A DNA stretch of 48,285 nt from an uncultured Candidatus Midichloriaceae bacterium (GCA_964547795.1 CAZJPD010000001.1:1-48285), one strand, 5' to 3'. Positions 21,521-30,442 are shown, numbered from the stretch's first letter. Notes: generated by a model not told the origin, from the sequence alone. Numbers and translations are program-made.

Positions 21521-21718
21521 ATGAGGATATTAATTCAAAGTATAGTGCTAAATTGTAAAAAGTATATTGTTTTTTCTTTCTTGGTCATCTTGTTCAGTTC
21601 CTTTTTAAGCGGTTGTGGCGTGAAGGGGAAGTTAGAACGTGTGGAAGATAAAGAATTAAAGAAGTCTGGAACTTCTAGTGCCTTACTTTCTTCTGAAATC
21701 AGGAAAAAAATATTTTAA
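21521..21718 (+). CDS. Small lipoprotein, LptM/YifL-like
   Basis: ATG 21521 gives 65 aa with lipobox FLSGC followed by GVKGKL, which resembles the GCG.KG.L signature of LptM-type lipoproteins. The track ORF start at 21428 would overlap the tlpA-like gene. Confidence 0.5.
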   Translation: MRILIQSIVLNCKKYIVFSFLVILFSSFLSGCGVKGKLERVEDKELKKSGTSSALLSSEIRKKIF

Positions 21719-21752
21719 ATTATGAATAACTATATACAATTGCCTCTACTGA

Positions 21753-21828
21753 GACCCCTTCGTCTAATGGTTTAGGACTCCACCCTTTCACGGTGGCAAT
21801 ACGGGTTCAAATCCCGTAGGGGTCGCCA
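21753..21828 (+). tRNA. tRNA-Glu (anticodon TTC)
   Basis: GACCCCT/AGGGGTC acceptor, anticodon loop CTTTCAC, T-loop TTCAAAT, CCA encoded; close to E. coli tRNA-Glu. Confidence 0.9.
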
Positions 21829-21853
21829 TCTTTGTATGAGCAGGCTTACGATT

Positions 21854-21929
21854 GCCCAAATAGCTCAGTCGGTAGAGCAAAGGACTGAAAATCCTTGTGT
21901 CGGTGGTTCAATTCCGCCTTTGGGCACCA
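21854..21929 (+). tRNA. tRNA-Phe (anticodon GAA)
   Basis: GCCCAAA/TTTGGGC acceptor, TAGCTCAGTCGGTAGAGC D-arm, anticodon loop CTGAAAA, CCA encoded. Confidence 0.9.
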
Positions 21930-22048
21930 CAACTTATCGTTATTATGGCAATTCTTTCAAAATTACAGCAATATCAGCTTGTACCATATTTGTACTTCAC
22001 AAGGGGGTTTTAAGCATAACCACAGATTTTAAGGAAACTAAAAAACTT

Positions 22049-23001
22049 TTAAACAAACCCCCATCTCAATAATAAGTATAGTGTTTTTTCATTTTCATCT
22101 CTCCAGACTATCTGCCCGTTTACATTGTTTCCTAAACAAAAGGATGCAGCAGCACTAGGGCTTGTAAGTATTATGTTCTTTTTTAGTTCAAAATAGGATT
22201 CATGCTCTATACAGAACTCTTCTCTTAAACAAAGTGTTCTATCTTTACCCCTATAAGAAGGGGTTGTTTCTTTACATATTTTTGACCCCTCAAGAATAGT
22301 AAATTCTTTATTTTTACCGTTATAACCCCCCCCCTTGCATAAGTACCTTTTTTTTGCTTTCACAGTAGAAAACATGTTTCTTCTTTCTGCTTGGTGTCTT
22401 GGGTTCACTTCCTTGTAAGGATATGATTTCTTTTAGAGCTTTTTTACTCTTGTTTAATCCTCTTGCATAAGTACCCTTTTTGTTCTTGGAGTAGAAAATG
22501 TGTTCCTCTTTAGAATTTGGTATATCAAAAATCTTATACCCTAATAATGAAGTGAAAAGTTTAACATCTTCAAAAAATTCCTGTAATGAGTGTTTTTTCT
22601 TTTCATTAAGTTGTTTTTCTTCTCTGGGCTGTTGTTTGTTTTCCTCCAAATCAAAGACATTTGCTTTTTTTTGCATCAGTAATTGCCAAGTATTCAAGAT
22701 ACCCTAAGTTTAATTCTTGGGGTTTAAGTGATGAAAAAATCAGAACCTCATCCCAAAAATCTTTTTTATCAAGATCACCCTTCCTGTCTGAAAAGTCCCC
22801 TGTTTGCCCTATATAGAGCCTCTTATTTTCACCAAGCAGAAAGTATAACGATGGAAGCTGCAACGCATCTCCGCTTTTAGCTTTAGTTTCATTCAGCATC
22901 TTTCTTGGTATATGCCAACATTTGATGGGTCTGTTTTCTATGTCCAACCCTATAATACCTGAGCTAGTGTTATTAAAAGGGTAAGCTTGTATGGTTTTCA
23001 T
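22049..23001 (-). pseudogene. GIY-YIG nuclease with C-terminal DUF4357-like domain; reading frame broken three times
   Basis: N-terminal part LYFLLGEN.KRLYIGQTGDFSDR (GIY-YIG). C-terminal part GTYARG...EFTILEGSKI...TSPSAAASFCLGNNVNGQIVWRDENEKTL (DUF4357-like). The three track ORFs are in three frames, and the junctions coincide with T8 (22665..22672), T8 (22348..22355) and C9 (22326..22334) runs. Confidence 0.7.
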
Positions 23002-23047
23002 ATTTCTTTTTTATAGTTGTTTATTTTTGCTATGCTTTTTCTCCATT

Positions 23048-24223
23048 TTAAACCCTCAAACCTTCCTTTATCCTCTTTGTAGCTTCAGTGATTTCTTCCA
23101 TTGTTGGAACTAGTGCGAATCTAACAAAGTTTTTTCCTGGATTGACTCCATTTACTTCATCGCTAACCAATTGACCTGGAGTCACTACAATACCCAACTC
23201 TACTAGAGCACTTGCAAACTCCATGCTATCCATATCTTCTGGCGTCTTCTGCCACAGATAAAAAGTAGCATCACCTTTTGGCTTTTCCAGTCCTTTTGCA
23301 GTAAGGGCATCTATCATCATATCTCGCTTTTTTCTATATTCTTCTCTCATGTTTACAACAAAATCCTCATCTTCAAGTGCAAGTGTTGCAACATCTTGAA
23401 TAAATGTAGGTGTACCAGAATCAATGTTATTCTTAACCTTTTTGAACCCTGATATTATCCTTTCATCACCACAAGCAAATCCAACCCTATAACCAGTCAT
23501 GTTACTACGTTTTGAAAGCGAATAAAAAGCTATAACTCCTTCCTTTTGTATCTCAAATACACTGGTTGGCTTCTTACCAAAATATATATCATTATAACAC
23601 CCCTCATCAGCAGCTATTATGATATTATGGCGATTTGCCCATGATACCAGTTCTTGCAACCATTCTTCAGGTGCTGTAACCCCAGTCGGTGAATTAGGGT
23701 AATTAGTCCATATAATCTTGACTTTATCTGCAACATCACTTGGGATTGATGAAAAATTTATTAAAAAATTATTCTTTTCAAGAAGGGGAGTAAAATACAC
23801 TTCACCTCCTCTAAACCTAGTTCCCAACTTATACAGAGGATAGCTTGGTGTTGGACAAATGACGACATCCCCTGGATTAACAAATCCTATTGGAAAGTTA
23901 AAGATAGCTTCCTTTGAACCAATAGTTGAAACTATTTCTGTATCAGGATTGAGTGCAATTGCATATTCTCTTTGCATATATTTTGCACAAGCCTTGCGAT
24001 AATTAATATCACCAACATAGCTGGGATATCCACTAGTAGCTCTGTTTCTTGCAAATTCTGAGAGATTATCAATGACGAAATCTGGCGTTGGACTTTTCGG
24101 GTCTCCCACACCAAAATCTATTACCTTAATACCCTTGTCTTTCAACTCTTGTACTTTTTTATTTATCTCAACAAACACATACTTGCCTGTACTACTAATT
24201 AGTTTTGAGTAAGTTATTTTCAT
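23048..24223 (-). CDS. dapL: Class-I aminotransferase, probable LL-diaminopimelate aminotransferase (short DapL / DapC-direct type)
   Basis: VIDFGVGDPKSPTP, IGSKEAIFNF, NYPNSPTG and SLSKRSNMTGYRVG (PLP lysine). First neighbour of dapF-dapA-dapB, with no dapD or dapE in the cluster. The function call is contextual. Confidence 0.7.
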   Translation of the reverse strand: MKITYSKLISSTGKYVFVEINKKVQELKDKGIKVIDFGVGDPKSPTPDFVIDNLSEFARNRATSGYPSYVGDINYRKACAKYMQREYAIALNPDTEIVSTIGSKEAIFNFPIGFVNPGDVVICPTPSYPLYKLGTRFRGGEVYFTPLLEKNNFLINFSSIPSDVADKVKIIWTNYPNSPTGVTAPEEWLQELVSWANRHNIIIAADEGCYNDIYFGKKPTSVFEIQKEGVIAFYSLSKRSNMTGYRVGFACGDERIISGFKKVKNNIDSGTPTFIQDVATLALEDEDFVVNMREEYRKKRDMMIDALTAKGLEKPKGDATFYLWQKTPEDMDSMEFASALVELGIVVTPGQLVSDEVNGVNPGKNFVRFALVPTMEEITEATKRIKEGLRV

Positions 24224-24231
24224 GTTTGTTA

Positions 24232-25086
24232 TTACTCCATTAATCTATTTTTCAAATCCTGAGAAAAGCTACCTTTAAAGACCCTAGCAACCTCTCCTGT
24301 TAAATATACATTTTTATCTGTTACTTCAACAGTTACTTTTCCGCCTAGCATGTGTACTGTCACATCCTTATCGACAAGTCCAAGCTTATGTGCAACGCAA
24401 CTTGTTGCTGAACTGCTCGTACCAGATGCTAACGTATATCCAGCACCTCTTTCCCAAACCTCTATCTTGATATTGGATTGATCCAATATCTCTACAATCT
24501 GTACGTTTATTCTATTCGGAAAAAGTTCGTGTACTTCCAATACCGACCCTAATTTTTTCACTAACTCTGCTGTTGCCTTTTCCTTGAAAAGCACACAATG
24601 CGGATTGCCGATGTTAACACAACTTATTTTTTCCGTTTTTCCTAACAGCTCTATTTCTTTGTTTATCACTTCTCCCCCATCCAAAAGCATTGGTATTTTT
24701 TCGGCTAAAAATGAATATCCACCCATATCTACCTTAATCAGATTTTTTTTAGGATCAATCATCTCAACCGATACCTTGCCACCTTTAGTGTATAGGTCAA
24801 AGTGCCTTTTTTCTACATACGATTGATCAAGTGCATATAGTGCAAATATCCTAATTCCATTACCACTTTTTTCTACTTCAGAGCCATCCGGATTGAATAT
24901 CTTAAAACTTATTTTATCTTTATCTATGGTTGGACCGTATAAGATTCCATCAGACCCTACGCCATAGTTTCTATCGCAAATAAGACTGATGTTCTTTTTA
25001 TTTAAGGTTGGGTTGAAAGTAACCTTGTTCAGATCAATTACTAAATAATCATTGCCCAAGCCATGATATTTGTAAAAATCAGCCAT
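24232..25086 (-). CDS. dapF: Diaminopimelate epimerase homolog with Ser at both catalytic Cys positions
   Basis: Full-length similarity to DapF (YHGLGNDYLVID, FNPDGSEVEKSGNGIR, GNPHCV, WERGAGYTLASGTSSS). Codon 74 is AGT (24865..24867) and codon 221 is TCT (24424..24426), where DapF has Cys. Confidence 0.8.
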   Translation of the reverse strand: MADFYKYHGLGNDYLVIDLNKVTFNPTLNKKNISLICDRNYGVGSDGILYGPTIDKDKISFKIFNPDGSEVEKSGNGIRIFALYALDQSYVEKRHFDLYTKGGKVSVEMIDPKKNLIKVDMGGYSFLAEKIPMLLDGGEVINKEIELLGKTEKISCVNIGNPHCVLFKEKATAELVKKLGSVLEVHELFPNRINVQIVEILDQSNIKIEVWERGAGYTLASGTSSSATSCVAHKLGLVDKDVTVHMLGGKVTVEVTDKNVYLTGEVARVFKGSFSQDLKNRLME

Positions 25087-25966
25087 TCATATATTCTTGG
25101 TAGATTTTTATTAATTCACTACGTTCCTTTTCATTCATTCTACATATTGGTAATCTGAACTCTTCCTCTATCATACCTAAATATGCCATTAGGGTTTTTA
25201 CTGGGATCGGATTACTTGCTATGGAAAGAAGTGCTTTCATTAAATCATACAATTTATAATGATATATTTTTGCTATATCAAAATTGCCTGCAGAAACATT
25301 TTGTACAATATATTTCATTTCCTTTGGCAGAATATTTGATATAACTGATACCACTCCATGCCCACCTAAACACATTATAGAATATGTCAGTGCATCATCG
25401 CCTGATAAAACAAAAAAATCTTTATCAACACTCTTAATAACATCCATAATTTGGCACATATCACCACTAGCTTCCTTTACCCCTACTATATTCTTATGTT
25501 TTGCAAGTTTTAGTAATGTCTTGGTTTCAAGATTAACTGCTGTTCTTCCTTTAATGTTATATAGTATTATCGGAATATTAATAGCATCCGCTATTTGCAT
25601 AAAATGCTGATATAAGCCATCTTGTGTTGGTTTATTATAGTATGGATTAACAGTTAATAACGCATCAACACCCAAGTCTTCTGCCTTTTTACTTTTTTCT
25701 ACTGATGACCCAGTGTTGTTAGTACCTGTACCCACCATAATCTTGATTTTGCCATTCGCAGTTTTTACAGCAAATTTTATGATTTCCTCAACTTCCATGC
25801 TACCAATAATCGGACTTCCTCCTGTAGTACCTAAAATAACTACCCCATCTACACCAGCTTCTATTTGTGCATCAATTAATTTTTTAAGTGATGGGTAATC
25901 TATGCTTTTATCACTGTAAAAAGGTGTAACTAAGGCTGTATATAAGCCAGAAAAATTTTTATTCAT
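25079..25966 (-). CDS. dapA: 4-hydroxy-tetrahydrodipicolinate synthase
   Basis: LVTPF, GTTGGS, NPYYNKPTQ.GLYQHF, ILYNIKGRT, VGVKEASG (Schiff-base Lys) and NPIPVK. Confidence 0.85.
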   Translation of the reverse strand: MNKNFSGLYTALVTPFYSDKSIDYPSLKKLIDAQIEAGVDGVVILGTTGGSPIIGSMEVEEIIKFAVKTANGKIKIMVGTGTNNTGSSVEKSKKAEDLGVDALLTVNPYYNKPTQDGLYQHFMQIADAINIPIILYNIKGRTAVNLETKTLLKLAKHKNIVGVKEASGDMCQIMDVIKSVDKDFFVLSGDDALTYSIMCLGGHGVVSVISNILPKEMKYIVQNVSAGNFDIAKIYHYKLYDLMKALLSIASNPIPVKTLMAYLGMIEEEFRLPICRMNEKERSELIKIYQEYMNG

Positions 25967-26691
25967 AAAAGTAGTTCCTCCATATAATCGTTAATACTAA
26001 AAAATCCCTTTTTGTCTTTTATCCACTTAGCACAATTTATCGCTCCTCTTGCATAAGAACTACGCCCTTTAGAATCATGAGAAATTTTGATACTATCCAG
26101 AGAGCTATCAAATACCACTTCGTGCTTACCAATAACATGTCCACCTCTCGTAGAACTAAAGTGAAGCTCATCAGTTTTTATACCCCTATCTACCTTTTCT
26201 GTGATAATATGACGTTTCCTTCCTATATTATCTATGAGAATTTGTGCTGTTGTCAAAGCTGTGCCAGATGGTGAGTCCTTCTTTTTGTTATGGTGGATTT
26301 CATGCCCAAAAACATCATATTCCTCAAATTTATCCATAATACAGGCAGCCTCTTTGACAATTTTCCAGAATATATTGACACCTATTGTAAAATTCGTTGC
26401 GTAAATAAATCCGACATTATTGGTGGCTACTATTTTTTTCACCCTCTCAATATCTTGATACCATCCCGTAGTACCACATGCTATATTAACTCCCTTCGAA
26501 GCAAGTATCTTTATATTTTGTAAACATATAGCAGGCTCTGTAAACTCTATGGCAACTTCATCATTATTAAAATTACTAGCTAGTAAATCATCTTTGTTAT
26601 CGATGGTTTTTGAAACAGAGATACCAAGATTCTGAGCCTCTTGCTCAACCATCTTGCCCATCTTGCCATAGCCTATAATTGCAATTTTCAT
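25963..26691 (-). CDS. dapB: 4-hydroxy-tetrahydrodipicolinate reductase (short form)
   Basis: MKIAIIGYGKMGK Rossmann N-terminus and HEIHHNKKKDSPSGTAL catalytic motif. ATG 26691 is preferred to the track start at 26715. Confidence 0.85.
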   Translation of the reverse strand: MKIAIIGYGKMGKMVEQEAQNLGISVSKTIDNKDDLLASNFNNDEVAIEFTEPAICLQNIKILASKGVNIACGTTGWYQDIERVKKIVATNNVGFIYATNFTIGVNIFWKIVKEAACIMDKFEEYDVFGHEIHHNKKKDSPSGTALTTAQILIDNIGRKRHIITEKVDRGIKTDELHFSSTRGGHVIGKHEVVFDSSLDSIKISHDSKGRSSYARGAINCAKWIKDKKGFFSINDYMEELLL

Positions 26692-26719
26692 TCTAGTATT
26701 CCTTTTATTATGCAAGAGG

Positions 26720-26803
26720 ATTGTATTATTCTAAGTAGCACACTGTCAATACATAAGTATTGTATTATCCTAAGTAGCATACTATCAATACATAAGTATT
26801 GTA
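26720..26803. repeat. 39-bp tandem repeat, 2.15 copies, immediately upstream of dapB
   Basis: Unit 1 is 26720..26758, unit 2 is 26759..26797 (4 mismatches by hand count), and partial unit ATTGTA is 26798..26803. Confidence 0.85.
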
Positions 26804-26990
26804 ACCCCGATATACTTTGTGCTTCAATCATACTGTTTCCAGGTTGCTTATAGTTAAACAAAGAGGGAGTATTATACCAACTACCTTAAATAAATGAATT
26901 AAGGGTAGCTGTAGCAAGAACAAGTTTCTTTGATATTTTCTTTTGTTTCATAATGTCTTGCAATGTTGCTTTGTTTGATTTATTTTTTGT

Positions 26991-27088
26991 GGTGGAAGCT
27001 AAATAGGGGCAAAGTATTTGCTAACCAGGTCAGATTTGAAAGAAAGCAGCCATAGCAGAAACCTTTGGGTCTTGTTTGCTTCCTTTTT
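26991..27088 (+). ncRNA. ffs: Signal recognition particle RNA (4.5S, small bacterial type)
   Basis: ACCAGGTCAGATTTGAAAGAAAGCAGCCATAGCAGA matches the conserved domain IV of E. coli 4.5S RNA (ACCAGGUCAGGUCCGGAAGGAAGCAGCCAAGGCAGA) with a GNRA loop. A closing helix GGAAGC...GCTTCC is followed by a T-run. The ends are approximate. Confidence 0.75.
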
Positions 27089-27117
27089 TCAATTCCTTTG
27101 TAGATACTAATTATTAA

Positions 27118-28194
27118 ATGCTTAACCAATATATTAAAATCAACTTATCGAATATCAGAAAAAATTACTTAAAACTAAAATCTATGTTAGCAAGCGAATC
27201 CGTTGTTTGTTCAGCAGTAGTCAAAGCTAATGCCTATGGCTTAGGGCTCAAGGAGATGGTAGGAGAACTATATCAACAAGGTTGTCGTGATTTTTGGGTA
27301 ACAAATTTGGAAGAAGCTTCCATTGCAAGACAAAATGCAGAATCTGCTTATGTGTATGTATTCCAAGGAGCTAATAGTGAAGAAGAACTAGGGTTTATAG
27401 TTCAAAATAAGTTTATCCCTGTTATTTCAGAAATCAGACAACTAAAAATAGTTAATGATTTTTTACAAAACCATTCTGAACATCCTTTAAATATAATACT
27501 AAATTTTGATACTGGTATGGGGCGTGATGGGTTGCAAGTGGAAGAAATCCCAGAATTAAACTTAAGGCAGTGTAATATCCATTATGTAATGAGTCATCTA
27601 TCTTGTGCTGAAAATAAAAAGCACTTTCTTAATAAGCAACAGCTGATGGCTACCAAATCGCTAAAACAAAATTTTCCTCAAGCAAAAATTACACTTGCAA
27701 ATTCAGGGGGGATATTTTTAGGAAAGGATTATCATTTTAATTTGGTAAGACCAGGGGGGGCATTGTATGGTGTAAATATTTTAAAAGGTAAAGAGAATCC
27801 CATGCTTAATGTTGTGGAATTTAAGGCTAGCATACTAAATCATAAAATCTTTTATAAAAGCCAGTACATTGGCTATGATGCAACCTATAAGGTGAATAAA
27901 GGAGATAAGGTACTAATTTTAAATGTCGGTTATTATGATGGGTATAGAAGAATGCTGGGCAATGGGTCAAGAGTTTATGCAGAAGGGTTTTATTTGCCCG
28001 TAATAGGTGTTATCAGTATGAATGCTATTGCTGTTGATGCAAACCAATTACCAGATAGTTTGTTCTTTAGAATAAAAAATGTTGAACTAATTGGCGAAAA
28101 AATTACCATTGAAGAAATTGCAAAGCTGGCTAATACTGATCAGAGAGAAATTTTAACTAGCCTCTCTTATAGTTGTAAAGGGGTTTATATATAA
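27118..28194 (+). CDS. alr: Alanine racemase
   Basis: AVVKANAYGLG (PLP lysine), typical length, C-terminal beta domain. Confidence 0.85.
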   Translation: MLNQYIKINLSNIRKNYLKLKSMLASESVVCSAVVKANAYGLGLKEMVGELYQQGCRDFWVTNLEEASIARQNAESAYVYVFQGANSEEELGFIVQNKFIPVISEIRQLKIVNDFLQNHSEHPLNIILNFDTGMGRDGLQVEEIPELNLRQCNIHYVMSHLSCAENKKHFLNKQQLMATKSLKQNFPQAKITLANSGGIFLGKDYHFNLVRPGGALYGVNILKGKENPMLNVVEFKASILNHKIFYKSQYIGYDATYKVNKGDKVLILNVGYYDGYRRMLGNGSRVYAEGFYLPVIGVISMNAIAVDANQLPDSLFFRIKNVELIGEKITIEEIAKLANTDQREILTSLSYSCKGVYI

Positions 28195-28976
28195 TGATAT
28201 TATTAAATTACATGCGAACTCTAGGCAGGGTGTTTCTGGCTTTTGTTTGTGATGTTGGGAAATTAATAATATTTTTCTATAGTGTATTCATAAAGCTATT
28301 TACTCCCCAATTATTTATCAAAAAAATACTAAAACAGTTTATTGTCATAGGCTTTTACTCATTGCCGGTGGTAGGCTTAACTGCGATATTTACGGGGGCT
28401 GTTTTGGCTTTGCAAACCTATACGGGATTCTCCAGAATGCACGCAGAGAGCTCGATGGCATCCGTGATAGTGATATCAATTACAAGGGAGCTTGGTCCTG
28501 TACTTGCAGGGTTGATGTTAGTTGGTAGAGTTGCAGGGTCTATTGCTGCAGAGATTGGAACGATGAAAATTACAGAGCAAGTAGATGTTTTGTATACCTT
28601 AAACACAGACCCTATCAAATATTTAATAATACCAAAGGTTATTGCAGGAACGTTAATGCTACCGATTTTGGTTTTAATATCGGATATAATTGGAATTTTT
28701 GGAGGTTATTTAGTAGCCGTCTATAAAATAGGGTTTGAATATCATTCATACTTGGATTCTACATTTAAGGTTTTGGAATGCCAAGATGTGGTATCAGGGT
28801 TGATTAAAGCATCCGTTTTTGGATTTATAGTGACTTTTATAGGATGTTTTTATGGTTATAACACATCAGGAGGAGCAAGTGGAGTTGGTGTTGCAGCAAC
28901 TCAATCTGTTGTAACTGCCTCTATTTTGATCTTGCTTTTCAATTATATCATCACAGGATTGCTATTCGTCCAATAA
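28194..28976 (+). CDS. mlaE: Phospholipid/lipid-asymmetry ABC transporter permease (MlaE family)
   Basis: 260 aa polytopic protein; ...REL.PVL..L..GR.GS..AAEIG.M...EQ.D.L motif (RELGPVLAGLMLVGRVAGSIAAEIGTMKITEQVDVL). Confidence 0.8.
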   Translation: MILLNYMRTLGRVFLAFVCDVGKLIIFFYSVFIKLFTPQLFIKKILKQFIVIGFYSLPVVGLTAIFTGAVLALQTYTGFSRMHAESSMASVIVISITRELGPVLAGLMLVGRVAGSIAAEIGTMKITEQVDVLYTLNTDPIKYLIIPKVIAGTLMLPILVLISDIIGIFGGYLVAVYKIGFEYHSYLDSTFKVLECQDVVSGLIKASVFGFIVTFIGCFYGYNTSGGASGVGVAATQSVVTASILILLFNYIITGLLFVQ

Positions 28977-28981
28977 AGACT

Positions 28982-29728
28982 ATGTCCAGAAATACATTAA
29001 TATCCGTTAAGCACCTCAATAAAAGTTTTGGCTTAAAAAGAGTATTAAAGGATGTAAGTTTTGATGTAGCAAAGGGTGAATTGTTTGTTGTGATGGGTGG
29101 GTCAGGTAGTGGAAAGTCAGTTCTTTTAAAGTGTGTTACAGGCTTGTTGAATCCAGATGGTAATAGCCAAGTCCTCATTAATGAAGAGGACATTACACAC
29201 AAGCATATAATAAAAAGAAAAAGCTTTCTAAAAAAGTTTAGTATGCTTTTTCAAAACAATGCTTTGTTTGACAGCTTGCCCACCTGGCATAATATTTGTT
29301 TTAGCCTTATCAGTGCTGGCATATTAGATGAAGAAAAAGCAAAGCAACATGCACTAGAGAAAATGGAGTTAGTGGGATTGAAATCGGATGTTTTAGAATT
29401 GTACCCCTCGGAATTGTCAGGTGGTATGCAAAAAAGGGTGGCTATTGCAAGAGCTATTGCAACAAATCCTGAAATTATGTTTTTTGATGAACCCACATCT
29501 AGCTTAGACCCTATTATGTCTAATACTATTGCAGATTTAATTAGTAGTATAAATAAAAAGCTAAAATCTACCACTATTACGATTACACATGACATCAAGG
29601 TGATGGAAAAAATCGCAGATAAAGTGGCATTACTCAAAGACGGAGAGGTAATTTGGATAGATAGTTTAGAAAATACTCTTAAGAGTGATAATGAGTACGT
29701 CAGGCTATTCTTAGGTAAACACAGTTGA
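28982..29728 (+). CDS. mlaF: ABC transporter ATP-binding protein (MlaF family)
   Basis: Walker A GGSGSGKS, signature LSGGMQKRVAIARA, Walker B MFFDEPTS. Adjacent to mlaE. Confidence 0.8.
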   Translation: MSRNTLISVKHLNKSFGLKRVLKDVSFDVAKGELFVVMGGSGSGKSVLLKCVTGLLNPDGNSQVLINEEDITHKHIIKRKSFLKKFSMLFQNNALFDSLPTWHNICFSLISAGILDEEKAKQHALEKMELVGLKSDVLELYPSELSGGMQKRVAIARAIATNPEIMFFDEPTSSLDPIMSNTIADLISSINKKLKSTTITITHDIKVMEKIADKVALLKDGEVIWIDSLENTLKSDNEYVRLFLGKHS

Positions 29729-29774
29729 TTAAATAATCATTTGACATTGTTACCTATCTACCCATTTAAAATAC

Positions 29775-29804
29775 TTGCAATAAGTGGTTATTCAGTGGTA
29801 TAAT
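29775..29804 (+). promoter_or_regulatory. Candidate sigma-70 promoter (TTGCAA - 18 nt - TGgTATAAT)
   Basis: -35 TTGCAA at 29775..29780 and an extended -10 TATAAT at 29799..29804, 45 nt upstream of the ImmA-like ATG. Sequence match only. Confidence 0.4.
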
Positions 29805-29848
29805 CCAAGTGTGCTGGTTGTAAAGGGGTGTTATATCCATGAGGAATT

Positions 29849-30351
29849 ATGCAAAGTGAAGCTTTAAAAGAACTATTAGAGCAGTATAGAGATGCAAAAT
29901 TGCATGACATAGATGGTGAGTTTCCTGTCCCTGTTGGCAAGATTTGCGAAAGGTTAGGTATAGAGGCTTTTTATGTAAAATTGCCAGATAATATAAGTGG
30001 AAACTTATATAAAGAAGGGGGTAAATATTATATAAAAGCTAATGAGGGGCATCACCCTTATAGAAGAAGATTTACTGTTGCACATGAGTTAGGTCATTAT
30101 CTTAAACATAAGGAATATCTGGATTCTAAGAAGGAAATACTGGAGCGAAGTGATACGATTACACCGAAAGTGAAAGGCAAATGGAAGCAGAAGCTAATAG
30201 ATTTGCAGCTGAGTTATTAATGCCTACAAGGGTTTTTATACAAAAATACCTAAAATCAAATGATTTACAGGAATTAGCAGATTATTTTTTTACTTCCAAA
30301 GATGCTATAAAGTTTAGATTAATAAATTTAGGTTATCGAATTGGGTGTTGA
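29849..30351 (+). pseudogene. ImmA/IrrE-family zinc metallopeptidase (COG2856-like), frameshifted
   Basis: HEXXH as VAHELGHYLKH in the track ORF. The conserved downstream EAEANRFAAELLMP...FRL..LG segment is in another frame (open from 30154 to TGA 30349..30351). The shift lies between 30154 and 30180. Confidence 0.7.
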
Positions 30352-30442
30352 TCAGTAAGATTTTAAAAGACTGGGGGTATTAAGTAGGATACCAGTTTTT
30401 CTGAAAAATTTTCGGGATGGCTTATTATACTTTCTTGAAGAT

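Noticed and set aside
21836-22072. 78-aa ORF overlapping tRNA-Phe
   Set aside because: It runs straight through a well-formed tRNA-Phe gene, so it is spurious.
26720-26803. Possible CRISPR array
   Set aside because: It has only 2.15 directly abutting copies with no spacers and no cas genes, so it is a simple tandem duplication.
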